In this document: positions 1 to 11,289 of the stretch, in pieces
Numbering within the stretch: position 1 is the stretch's first letter
How the letters are laid out: the number at the start of each line of letters is the position of its first letter
Assembly (NCBI RefSeq): GCF_016433145.1
Contig: NC_058133.1
Coordinates: forward strand, 190,701,949 to 190,765,948
Length of the DNA stretch: 64,000 bases
From: Gracilinanus agilis
Lineage: Eukaryota
Direction of reading: 5' to 3'
Notes under the pieces: model-generated
Seen by the model: the letters and a program-made list of their open reading frames with translations, nothing else
Database searches by the model: none
Told to the model about the DNA's origin: nothing
Program-made: the position numbers and the translations under genes

Positions 1-810
1 CACCCCCCCCCCCCCGCAGGATTGTTATAAGAGTAGAAATGAGATAACAGATGTAAAGTGCTTTGTAAACTATAAAGAACTAAATAAATTGTTCTTTTTA
101 TAATAACAACACTCACCACAGAATGTTGGCTAAGTTACTTAACCTCTGTTTGCCTCCATCTCCTTATCTGTCAAATGAGCTGGAGAAGGAAATGACAAAC
201 CCCTCCCAACACCAAATGGGTTCGCGAGGAATTGGATATGACTGAAAAGACTAAACAAAAGCAATATGTGGATTGTAATTATATCTACCTCATAGGGCTG
301 TTGTGGGAATGAAAGGGGGTAGTATTTAAAGTGATATGTTAATGTGAGTTGTTATTAAGGTTTAAGATTCATAAGCTTTTTATGCACATTTTTAAATGTT
401 GTTCCTCATAATAATACCATGAAGTTAGTACTACAAGGTCCTTCTTTCAGCCTTAGTTTTTTCATCTGAAAAATAGGCTCAATGTTAGCACTCCTCCTTT
501 GCCTCTGCCCTAGATTGTTGTGGGGATTAAATATGGCAAACTTAAAGTCCTAGAAAAATACTGATTATTATTATCATTGCTATTTACTGCCAGTATGACC
601 CTGAACAAGTCATCCACCCTTTCTTGGCTTGCCAAAACAATGGTTCTCCATCTGTAAAATAAAGGGGTTGAACTAGATGACTTCTGAGGTCCCTTCCAAC
701 TCCAAATCTAATCAATGATCCTATGATCCTTGAAGAAACTCAGGTACACGGAAGTTGTGATTTGTCCAGTATCACGGAATTAGTTCAGGGCAGAGTCAGT
801 TAGAGTTTAG

Positions 811-1060
811 GGGAATGAAGTGGCTCAGTGGAGAGATCTCTGGGCCTCTAGTCAGGAAGACCTGAGTTCAAATCTGGCCTCATATATTTACTAGCTATGA
901 CCTTAGGCAAGCCACTTCACCCTGTTTGCCTCCATTTCCTCATCTGTAAAATGAGCTGGAGAAAGAGATGGCAAAGTACTCTAGTATTTCTGCCCAAACC
1001 GCCCACCCCCAAATAGGGTCACAAAGAGTTGGACATGGCTGAAAAATGACTGAACAACAG
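811..1060 (+). mobile_element. CORE-SINE (MIR/Mar1-type)
   Basis: tRNA-like head (gtggctcagtgg...gagttcaaatc), CORE segment (ctgtttgcctcc atttcctcatctgtaaaatgagctggagaa) and RTE-type tail (gggtcacaaagagttggacatggctgaaaaatgactgaacaaca). Confidence 0.75.
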
Positions 1061-1079
1061 CAGAGTTCACATCAGAGGT

Positions 1080-1706
1080 GGGGATTAAGTGATAGACTGG
1101 AGACATGAGAATCAGCTGTACTTTATTGCATTGTTTGTCTATGTGTGTACATGTATATAGGTATACACTTGATTCTTTGGCACTAAAAAGAGAGTTAGTC
1201 TTTGGGGTATTTTGGGACCCAGAGTGGAATAAGAAAAAAATATTGTGTCCATTGAGGTTTGGAGCAACTAGGTAGATCAGTGAATATAGTGCTGGTCCTG
1301 GTGTCAGGAAGACTGAACTTTGTGAGTTCAAATCCAGCCTTAGACACTAGCTGTGTGACCCTGGGCAAGTCACATCCCTTTGGATCTCAGTTTCCTCATC
1401 TGCAAAATGAGCTGGAGAAGGAAATGCAAACCATTCCAGTATCTCTGACAGGAAAACTCCAAATGAGGTCATGAAGAGTTGGACAGGGCTAAAAAGCAAC
1501 TGAATAATAATAATAGAGTTAGTATTTGGGGATGGGATTATGTGATGGACTTGGAGACTTGAGAATCACCTATGCCTTATTGCATTGTGTGGATGTGAAT
1601 ACAGGAACACACTTGATTCTATGGCAGTGCGGAGAGAGTGAGTTCTTGTGGGCCCTCTTGGGACCCAGAGTAGAAGAAATAAGAATAAAAGGATTTTATC
1701 CAATGA
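1080..1706. repeat. Diverged direct duplication of about 170 bp of non-SINE sequence (about 1080-1255 and 1533-1706), period about 450 bp
   Basis: Colinear shared blocks: gggatta, ggagac, tgagaatca, ttattgcattgt, acacttgattct, agagagt, tgggacccagagt, ataagaa. Confidence 0.8.
1261..1513 (+). mobile_element. CORE-SINE (MIR/Mar1-type)
   Basis: Same head/CORE/tail architecture as the 811-1060 copy. Confidence 0.75.
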
Positions 1707-2100
1707 AGCAGCGGTCACAAAGTCATAGCTAGGTTTGGAGGTAGCACCAGAGGAGGTCGAGGTCCTGGGTTGCTTTCTATTGACAAGACATCTCTGTAGG
1801 CCTTTGCTTCTATGGTGTCCTTCTAATACTGGGTGGGGTTGGAAGACCTGTGGAAGTTTGCCTCTTGAGTGCAGAGGTGAAATGATTTCAATTGTCAAAA
1901 AGGTAGTATCAAGCAAAACATCATTCACTCTGAATCATCCCTTTTGTTATAGGATTAAAAAAAAAAACAGCCCAAAAAGCCACTACCCAACCTGAGATAC
2001 AGAGAGGCAACTGGGCTTTAGAGAAACAGGAGTGCCATTGGCATGGACCTTCAGGGTGGGGAAGAGAGGAGGGGCCACCATCCAACCTCCATGGAAGGTG

Positions 2101-2107
2101 TATAAAA
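2101..2107 (+). promoter_or_regulatory. KRT13 TATA box (TATAAAA)
   Basis: TATAAAA 96 nt upstream of the KRT13 ATG, preceded by G-rich KLF/SP-like tracts. Confidence 0.85.
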
Positions 2108-2196
2108 GGGGCCCTGTTTCAGGGAAGAGTCACATACCCTTGGGTCTAGCTCAAGCTAAACAAAAGCCTAAGCCAGGATCTCCAGCTGCTCTAGCC

Positions 2197-5100
2197 ATGA
2201 GTTGCCGTCTTCAGACCTCTTCTTCCGCTTATGGAAGTGGCTTTGGTGGTGGTTCTTGCCAGCTGGGAGGAGGTCGTGGTATGTCTAGCTGCTCATCTAG
2301 GTTTGTGTCCTCTGGGTCGATGGGAGGCTATGGTGGTGGAATGAGCTGTGGCTTTGGTGGAGGAGCTGGTAGTGGTTTTGGTGGAGGCTTCGGTGGTGGT
2401 GCTGGAGGTGGATATGGAGGTGGATTTGGTGGTGGCTTTGATTTGGGTGGTGGAGATGGTGGCCTCTTGACCGGCAATGAGAAGATCACCATGCAGAACC
2501 TCAATGACCGCCTGGCATCCTACCTGGACAAAGTGCGAGCTCTTGAGGAAGCCAATGCTGACCTGGAGGTCAAGATCCGGGACTGGCATCTGAAGCAAAG
2601 CCCCACAAGCCCTGAGAGGGATTATAGTCCCTATTATAAGACCATTGAGGAACTCCGGGCAAAGGTGAGACTTTGGAATCTAGAGGAGACAGGAGTAGGT
2701 TATTCTCTCCATGGCAGTCTTGATGGCCAAAGGTCATAGAATCTCAGGAATAATGACAGCTCTGTGGTGGATGGAATCTCACCCTCCCTTCAGGGGATGT
2801 TCTAATGATTTGCCGTACAGTCTCTGTTCCTAATGGGGCTATTTGTGCCTTGCATTTCATTCCACAGTTAATTTTTTACTACAGCTATTAGTCAAGTGGA
2901 AAGCTTTACTGCTTTATAAACATTCAGTTTCTCAGGGATGCTAGCCCTATAATCCAAGCCTCCTGGCTTCTTTAGAAACTGATAACAGCTTTGAGAGTTC
3001 AGGGGGATGTAGGCTATGTCATTGGTCCAGGAATAACTGGACAGTTTCCTGCTGTCCTGTTTACTTTTTCATGGTCAACAGGACCAAAGAAAAGGGAAGC
3101 ATTGATAGAGAGGCAGATCTCTTTGGGATCCCTAATCCCCCTTTTGGGCCCTGCTTTCCATATTCATGATAGCATGCTGAGACAAGAGCAGAGTCCTAGT
3201 TTAGGGTGGGGTAGGGTTGAGTCCTCAGCACTTCTGGAATCCAGAAGAGAAGATGAAGAATCCTAAGCAGGGGCCATTGTTATAGATCCCTCAGATGCCA
3301 ACTTAACCTCAGTGGACCTCAGTTTTCTTTTCAGTAAAATGAGGGGGTTGGACCAGATAATAAATAGCCATTTATTTAGCATTGTGAGGCTTGCAAAAGT
3401 GATACACATGTTAGTTCTTTTAGATCCTTACAACGACCCTATGTGGTAGGAGCTTTATATTTCTTCCCTATTTCACAAAGCAGGAAACAGATTGAGAGAG
3501 GTTTCAGAGTGAGAGAGGTTTAAGTGATTTGTCCCATGTCACACAGCTAATAAATTTCTAAGGTAAAATTTGAACCTAGATTTTCCTGACTCCAGCTAGT
3601 TCTCTGTCCCCTGTATCATGCTGCCTTTCCTGAGGTGACTTCTAAGGTTCCTTTCTAGCTCAAAATCCAATGTTCCTAGGAATCTCAGGCTCTACTTGAG
3701 ATATTTTTAAAGATGCAGGGGTAGAGCTGCTTCCCAGCTTTCCAGAGAGTAGGGCCACAGACCTCTGAGAGAGCTATCTCTTACTCTGAGGAATGTTACC
3801 TGATTGATGACAAGTGGGAATGTTTGTTTGGAGAAAAGGAGATAGTACCCAGGCGCCATTCCCTACCTTCCTGTTTTCATAGCCATGATGGGAATCTCTT
3901 CCTTAAAATGCACTTGCAGGGTCATTTTCAGTCCTCTTTTTCCCATCCCCTACAGAAGTTTAGAATTATAGAGTCATAGAATGCTAAGGACTGAAGAGAA
4001 ATCACTGAGCTCATCCCTGCTCATTTTTTAGAGGAGTAAACTGAGGCTCAGGATAGGGAAATAACTTGCTTAAAGGTCATACAGCCAGGAATTGCCCCCC
4101 AAACCCAAAGTACTTATAGAGATCACTGTCTCCCATCTTCCACAGATCCAGGCAGCCACTATTGACAATTCTCGTACCATTTTGGAGATTGACAATGCCA
4201 GGTTGGCTGCTGATGACTNNNNNNNNNNNNNNNNNNNNNNNNNNNNNNNNNNNNNNNNNNNNNNNNNNNNNNNNNNNNNNNNNNNNNNNNNNNNNNNNNN
4301 NNNNNNNNNNNNNNNNNNNNNNNNNNNNNNNNNNNNNNNNNNNNNNNNNNNNNNNNNNNNNNNNNNNNNNNNNNNNNNNNNNNNNNNNNNNATTTCAGAC
4401 CATCTGTCAAACTGGAAGGGTGGGGTTGGCACTTGAGGCACAAGGAATATGGAGTAAGGAGCTCTGGAAGAAAGAGGAAAAGTAGCTTAGGGAGGGTGTC
4501 CAATTTCATTCAGAGAGTTATTAAATTTTTTGGTTTTCTCACCCTCTAGGTATGAGAATGAATTATGCCTGCGCCAGAGTGTGGAGGCTGACATCAATGG
4601 CCTGCGCAGGGTGTTGGATGAGCTGACCCTTTCCAAGACAGACTTGGAGATGCAGATCGAGAGTCTGAATGAGGAAATGGCCTACCTCAAGAAGAACCAT
4701 GAAGAGGTGAGGGAGTGGGTGGGGGGCAATAGCTTGAATGGCTTACGCTGGAGTCCATCAGCTAGGTGGCCTCATCGAGACAGAATGGCATCCCTTGGAG
4801 CTTGATCACCCCTGCCAAGACTTGGGTATGGGATTTAGTTATAATAGGAGCTGAGAAGGGGAAGAATGAGCTCTGGTTTTCTCCATCTCCACAGGAAATG
4901 AAGGAATACAGCAACCAGGTGGTGGGCCAGGTCAACGTGGAGATGGACGCTACCCCGGGCATTGATCTGACCCGTACACTGGCTGAGATGAGAGAACAGT
5001 ATGAGGCCTTGGCAGAAAAGAACCGCCGGGATGCTGAGAACTGGTTCAAGCAGAAGGTATCCTAATCCCTCTACCCTGCAGATCTTGGTTCTCTCCAGAT

Positions 5101-6611
5101 CTTGGGATATAGCTTCTTGCTTTGCTCTTATGGTCAGAATCTTTGTTTAGATGCTTCATCTTTGATTTCCACCCCCTACTCCCCCAGAGTGAAGAGCTGA
5201 ACAAGGAAGTCACTACTAACACCGAAATGATCCAGACCAGCAAGACTGAGATCACTGAACTGAGACGCACACTCCAGGGGCTGGAGATCGAGCTGCAATC
5301 TCAGCTCAGCATGGTATGTGGGCAATCCTGTCCTGGGTGACTCCCTGCCCCCTGGACTCTGCGATGGGCTGCCACCCACCTCCTGAACCTGTTCTTGGTT
5401 TCCTCGACAGAAAGCCGGGCTGGAGGCTTCTGTGGCAGAGACAGAGTGTCGCTACGCCATGCAACTGCAACAGATCCAGGGGCTCATCAGCAGCATTGAG
5501 GCTCAGCTGAGTGATATTCGTAGTGAGATGGAATGCCAGAACCAGGAATACAAGATGCTGTTGGACATCAAGACCCGCCTGGAGCAGGAGATTGCCACAT
5601 ATCGCAGCCTGCTGGATGGTCAGGACTCCAAGTAAGCACCAGGCATCTAGTACCTCACACTCTGGGAAGCAATACTACTAATCAGCATCCCTTATTTATT
5701 ATTTTTTACTACTTTATAATTTTCAAAGTGCTTTCCCAGATATTATAGCATCTGACTTTCATAAAAGACTTTAAGAAAGGAAAGATTCAAGAGGCAATGA
5801 GGAATAATGGACAGGGCACCAGACTTAGAATCAGGAAGATCTGGGTTCAAATCATGCCCCAGACACTGACTGGTGGTTTGATTCTTGGCAAGCCACTTAA
5901 CCTTGGCTTCCTCATCTGTAAAATAGGAATGGGAGGAATGGACTTGATGGTCTTGAAGATCCTTCCCTGCTCTAATTCTATGAACATTTGACTTGTCCAA
6001 AGGGGGCAGATGAGCTAATGAATAAAATCCAGGAGCTTTCAGTCCAGTTATTTAGCTTCTCTGGCAACTGGGAAAAGAAGGTGCTTCTTGTTTTCTGTCC
6101 TGTTTTTTTGGACTGTTATCCATTCCTATTTTTCTCCTCTTTCTATAGGATGACTGGCTTCCCCACCTCTGGAACAAGTAAGAGAATCCAGCTCTCTGGC
6201 CTGGGTGTGGTTAGGTGGGGTGGAGTTGGGTAGGGGAAAATGTGAGTGGAATCCCTTTCCTTAAGGGCCAGGAGACAGTTCTGAATTCCCAAGCACTCTA
6301 GGAGCTATGAAGGCTGTCTTATTCATGACCAAATAGTGCTCTCCCTGCCAGTCATTGATGATCTCTGAAACAGCCTGGGGTATTCCCTATTTGGTGTAGA
6401 TAAACCTAGCTTTTGTCCCCTGAATCATCTAATTAAGGTGTCCTGTAGAAACCTCTCCATGCTTTGTGGTGGGTGTCACTTATGGGTGGGAAAAGATGAC
6501 TTTCTTGAATGACCTTGTCTCCTTCCTTTCTCAGCCTCTGTCAGCAGCAGCAGCAGTGCTAGTGCTTCTGCCAGCACCCGCAGGGCTTCTGTAGAGCCCC
6601 GAAGGTCATAA
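2197..6611 (+). CDS. KRT13: Keratin 13, type I cytoskeletal, about 440 aa. Exons 2197-2664, 4146-(4228, end in N gap), 4550-4706, 4895-5056, 5188-5313, 5411-5631, 6149-6177, 6535-6611
   Basis: Head [28 protein letters not shown], coil 1[18 protein letters not shown], linker [25 protein letters not shown] and tail [17 protein letters not shown] match K13 as I recall it. Helix termination [14 protein letters not shown]. Exon sizes 157/162/126/221 with GT-AG sites. Lies upstream of KRT36 as in human. Confidence 0.93.
4219..4391. other. Assembly gap (173 N) hiding the last ~10 nt of KRT13 exon 2 and its donor
   Basis: N run begins after ..GCTGATGACT. Confidence 0.99.
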
Positions 6612-6907
6612 ATCTGCCCAGCCTATGGCCCCTCCCTTCTTCCACAAGTCACCTTACACACAAGAAGGCAAGAGGAATGAAAAATCACAAGCTTCTGAGG
6701 AATGTGTGCTTGGCCCACCCAGCTCCCTCTACCAGCTGTCCCTGGTCATTCTGCATAGGAGGGCTGATGATGAAGGCTCTTCTCTCTTGTTCAGCTACCT
6801 CTTCCATCTCTTTGTGATGTTCCCTTTCGTGAAGGGGGAGGGTGTTCTTCCATGTCTTTCTCCCTTTCTCTCTCTCATGTCTCATTCTCATACCATGATG
6901 ACAATTC

Positions 6908-6913
6908 AATAAA
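6908..6913 (+). terminator. KRT13 polyadenylation signal AATAAA
   Basis: AATAAA about 300 nt after the stop codon, followed by T-rich sequence. Confidence 0.8.
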
Positions 6914-8012
6914 GTTTCCCTGCAAATGTATTTTTGATATCGATCTGTTTTCTATAGACAATTGCCCAAAGCATTCATATAATAATTCATATTCATATAA
7001 CAATATACATATAACAATAACATAATATAACAATAAATTCATATAATAATTAGATGCCCACTCTGCCTGGCATGGCACTGGGTACTTAGCCTTTCCAGGA
7101 AGATCCTGGGGAATGTGATTCCACTCCTTTCCTTCTTTTCATTGTCCTTACACAAATGATTTCCCCTTTTTAGACCTCAGTTTCTTCCTCCATAAGATGG
7201 GAGGGACAGCTAGGTGGCACAGTGGATAGAGTGCTAGGACTGGAGTCAGGGGGGATGTAGGTTCAGGTCTTGCCTCAGATGCTTCCTAGCTGGGTGACCT
7301 TGGGCAAGTCATTTAACACTATTTGCCTAGCCATTGCCCTTCTGTCTTAGATTTACTACCAGGATAGAAAGTAAAAGTAAAAAAAAAAAAAAAAAAAGAT
7401 AAATAGGATAAGATTAAATTATTTCTAAGGTACTAAATTCTCTGATCCTATGGAATGGGTTTCTGCTCTTGAACCCACTAGAAGCAAAGTAAATCTCAAC
7501 TTAGTCCTGCCAATGGCCTTGATTGGTATTTATTGCTTGAAAATTGGCACGGAGAGCTCAGCACAGTTTCTGATCCCTGTTTTCTAAAGGCTAGAGGCAA
7601 GGAATCTGTCCATAAATTAAGACTAGCACAATCATTTTTTTTTTAGACTAGCACAATCTTTAAGTGGCTACCACCCCAGGAGAGCATATTAGTATTGTTA
7701 GCTAGGAAAGACCCTTCCCCTTTCTCCCTAAGGTGAGCTGTGCCTAAAGGTGTCCAAGTCCTCCTATTGGGACAGATCCAAGGCACACCCTCTCCACACC
7801 AGGGCAAAGCAGTATCCTTGGTTTTCCACGAGCTATGTTGTAATAATCAGGGTGTGGTGAAGAATCTCATGTGAGCGGGCTATGGAAGCCAAGGGGCACA
7901 GGCCCAAAGGAGTCTCCCATTCCATCCTGGAGAACAGACAGGGAGAAGGAAACAGTCAGCCATCACCAAGGCTTCATTCCACAAACTGGGAAGCCTTAGG
8001 ATGGGTGGTGGT

Positions 8013-8092
8013 GGGGCGGGATCTCTGGAGATGTCCCTGCCAATAACCAGCCTCTCCTGCCCAGCATCACTCACCAGATCTGCTATAAATAA
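8013..8092 (+). promoter_or_regulatory. Orphan promoter-like motif set: GC box 8013-8020, CCAAT 8040-8044, TATAAAT 8084-8090
   Basis: Motifs are seen directly in canonical order and spacing. No gene was found downstream. Confidence 0.3.
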
Positions 8093-9354
8093 GCAGATTT
8101 CTCTCTGGCCAGGTGCTCAGGGAGCTAGAGTGAACACATCGAATCTCAGTCCAGTTTGGCTTTGGAGATTTTCTCTCTGTCAGCTCCAGGGTTCTTTGTA
8201 GATGCTTGAGGATAGGGGTGATAGGTTCATTACTTGGATTCTTGGTAGAAAGGCCCATGTATAAAAAAAAATAAAAAAAATAATAAAAATAATAAAAAAG
8301 AAAGGCCCATGTGTAGACACTGCCATTCCCATAAATCTTCTCTGCCCTCCTTTCTCGTTTCCTTCCCTTGCCAGTGCAGATACATAGTTTCTCAGCAGGG
8401 CTGCCCATAGGTATTAGGAAATTAGTATGGTCTCTGATTTAATACAAGAGATCTCTAAAAAAGTACCAAAGAAAAGCAAAAGAGAAAAAACTCTGGGATT
8501 CTCAGGTGAGCCCTGAAAGGAGACATATTATATTATTAGCCCTCTGAGAGCAGAGACCATGCTTGCCTTTTAAAAAATTCCTCGCATTTAGCACACAGTA
8601 TGTGCTTGAAAAATCCTTACTGCCTTGACTTACTCTGACAGATATCTACAGGAGCATGGAGCTGGAAGGGAACTTAAAGATTCCATTTTATGGAGACTCA
8701 TGTTCTTGATCTCAAAGGAGTAAAAGGACTTTTTCAAGCTCACTCAGTTAGGAAGGAAAAGAAGTTGGATCTTAGCCTGGGTCCTCCAACTCCCAGTTTT
8801 AGAGTTCTTTCTATTATATCCGTGCTGCCTCTTCCCATCTTAGATTCCTCTGAGGACCCTAAGAACTATAACTCAGAGACAAAGGAATAATAGACAAGCC
8901 CTTGTCCTATTTCCCAACCTTGGTTGGTAAATACAGTCAGTGTGGGGTGGAGGGACAGGCCAAAGAGTAAGATGTTACTACTTAAGTTGTTAGGTCAGTT
9001 GTTTCACTTGTGTCTGAGCCTTCGAGACCCCATTTGGGATTTTCTTGGCAAAGACTGGAGTGGTTTGATATTTCCTTTTCCAGCTCAGTTTTTCAGATGA
9101 GGAAACTGAGGCCAACAGGATTAAATGATTTGCCTAGGGTTGCATAGCTAGTAAATGTCCGATGACAGATTTAAATTTATGAAGATGAGTTCTTCTGAAT
9201 TCAGGCCTGGCATTTTATTCACTTTCCTACAACAAAAGATGGAAGAGTTAGAGAAGTCTATTCTAGGGAAAAGGGAAAGAATGTAGGCTATGAGCCACAA
9301 GGGAGCAGAAATATATTTTAAATGGAGTCAAGGTGTCCTAATACCTATGAGTCA

Positions 9355-9535
9355 GGTAGGTGGCAGAGTGGAAGGAGTGCCAAGCCAGGAGTGAGGAAGA
9401 TTCCTCTCCTGAGTTTAAATTTAGTCTCAAACACTTACTAGCTCTGCAGCCCTGAGTAAAGTTACTTAACCCTGTTTGCCTCAGTTTTCTCATCAGTAAA
9501 ATGAGCTAGAGAAGGAAATGGTAAACCAGTCCAGT
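9355..9535 (+). mobile_element. CORE-SINE (MIR/Mar1-type)
   Basis: caggtaggtggcagagtgg...cctgagtttaaat...ctgtttgcctcagttttctcatcagtaaaatgagctagagaaggaaatgg. Confidence 0.65.
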
Positions 9536-10225
9536 ACATAACTGGTGTCCTGGGGGCTGGAAAAGGAGGACTGTCCTCCTCACTTCAACACATCAATGGA
9601 TCTGTAATCTCACCAGTGCAGAGACTCCCTCCAACAGGCAGATTGGAATCTGTCTGCATCCTGTGTGACTTTTCTCCATGGCTTCCCATGAGTTCCCAAT
9701 AAATGTGTTCTGAGTAAGGTATAGTCTCCTCCCTAGGGCCCCACCTTGGACTAGAAGCTACACCCCTTCCTTGGCCCTTCTTCCATATCTTGAGACTGTA
9801 CAGGCCAGCTGAAGTCCTGTAGGGGGCAGCTGAGAAGCAAATTTTCCTTTGTAGGACATGCTGAGGGTGAGGAAGGAAGGACTGGGCTCCCAGCCCTGAT
9901 TTCTTCAGAGCCCTTTCTTGCCCTCTTGTCTTGTCTTGTCTTAGATAGGACAGGCCTAGAGAGTAACAATTGAATGGGATTCCTTCCTTCTTCTTGAGCC
10001 CAATGGTCCAAAGATCTAAGAAATCCTTGAAATGCTTGGGGGAATCATGGAAGAAGGTATTTTCCTAGAGTTCACAGTGAGGGTGTCGGGGCTCCCCTTT
10101 CCCACAAGTATTTCTATCCAGGTAAAATCTGGTCATAAAAACACCATGATGTAGCTAGTATTTATACAGCACTTTAATCAGCACTTAAATCTCAGTTAAT
10201 CCTCATGACAACTCTGGGAGGTAGG

Positions 10226-10228
<3 letters not shown>

Positions 10229-10259
<31 letters not shown>

Positions 10260-10260
10260 T
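10229..10260. repeat. (TTA)n microsatellite
   Basis: Direct reading. Confidence 0.9.
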
Positions 10261-10397
10261 TACAGATAAGGAAAATGAAGCAGACAGAGGTTAAGTGAAT
10301 TGTTCAGGGTCACACAACTAGAAAGTATCTGAGGCAGGATTTAGACTCACATTTTCTTGACTCCAGGGTCAACACTTTCCCACTATTTCCTCTAGAA

Positions 10398-10589
10398 CAG
10401 TGATTCCCAAGGTGGGTGCCACCGCCCCCTGGTGGGTGCTGCAGCAATCTAGGGGAACGGTGATGGCCACAGGTGCATGTGGGGGCAATGAATAACTGGA
10501 AGGGGGCAGTGATAGTATGTGACAGAGGGCGCTAAGTAATATTTTTTCTGGAAAGGGGACAGTAGGCCAAAAAAGTTTGGGAACCACTG
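10398..10589. mobile_element. Non-autonomous hAT/Charlie MITE (OposCharlie-like), 192 bp, variant core
   Basis: TIRs CAGTGATTCCCAA / TTTGGGAACCACTG. Perfect 8-bp TSD ctctagaa at 10390-10397 and 10590-10597, matching the Charlie NTCTAGAN preference. Confidence 0.9.
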
Positions 10590-11289
10590 CTCTAGAAGAA
10601 AGGGCACTGCATTTGGCCTCAGAGCACCTGGGTGGACTTGCTACCCATGTAACCAGGGGCAAGACATTTCTTCTCTTTGGGTCTCATTTTCCTCATTTGT
10701 AAAATGAAGAGATGGACAAGTGATCTAGAAAGTCTTTTCTGGCATTAAACCTTTAATCCTGTGTATATCCAATTGACCTTTTAAGAGGAAAAATGGTAGT
10801 CACCAAAGAATACTGCGTCTTCTCAGAGGGACAGAGAAGAACCAAGTCTGAAGACTCTTCTTTGAAATACCCTAGCAGTAGTAGTCCTACAGAAATTTAT
10901 GCAAGTGTCAGCCTTCATATCTGACCTCAGACTTCTGTGTATCATCTTCTTATGGCCTCTATTTTATCTCCTTTTTTGTACATGTGTCCTCTGCCTGATA
11001 AAGGCATTTATGAGCTCTCCTTTAAAGCTGCAAAAGCTAAGTTTCTCTCTAGTTGAACTGCTTTTCCTCTTGAGAAACAATGATATGCAATTTGTTTTGA
11101 GTTAAAATGTATCCCATGTAATCCAGATATATTTCCATTCTGCATGCTAAATTAATTTATATTCTTACTTTCAAAGAAGGACCTACAAGGTGAGATGATG
11201 GGCACAATTTTTCAAGATAGTTGTTTATTTTTGTGTATCCAAACAAGTGACTTTATTTACTTAAAAAAAATTTAAAGTTTGCTTTATTG

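Noticed and set aside
2032-2196. Upstream in-frame extension of the KRT13 ORF in the ORF track
   Set aside because: Starts at GTG, spans the TATA box, and has no keratin similarity. The real start is ATG 2197.
2293-2598. Antisense ORFs over keratin exons (also 26476-26874, 40218-40553, 60257-60580)
   Set aside because: Expected by-product of Gly/Ser-rich, GC3-biased coding sequence. No independent splice or promoter evidence.
4146-4549. KRT13 as a pseudogene
   Set aside because: The only break is an N gap. All visible exons are open and in phase.
6535-6556. Alternative CAG acceptors in the cagcagcag run of KRT13 exon 8
   Set aside because: They shift the frame relative to exon 7 and lose the K13-like C-terminus. 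The acceptor ending at 6534 has the pyrimidine tract and gives the homologous tail.
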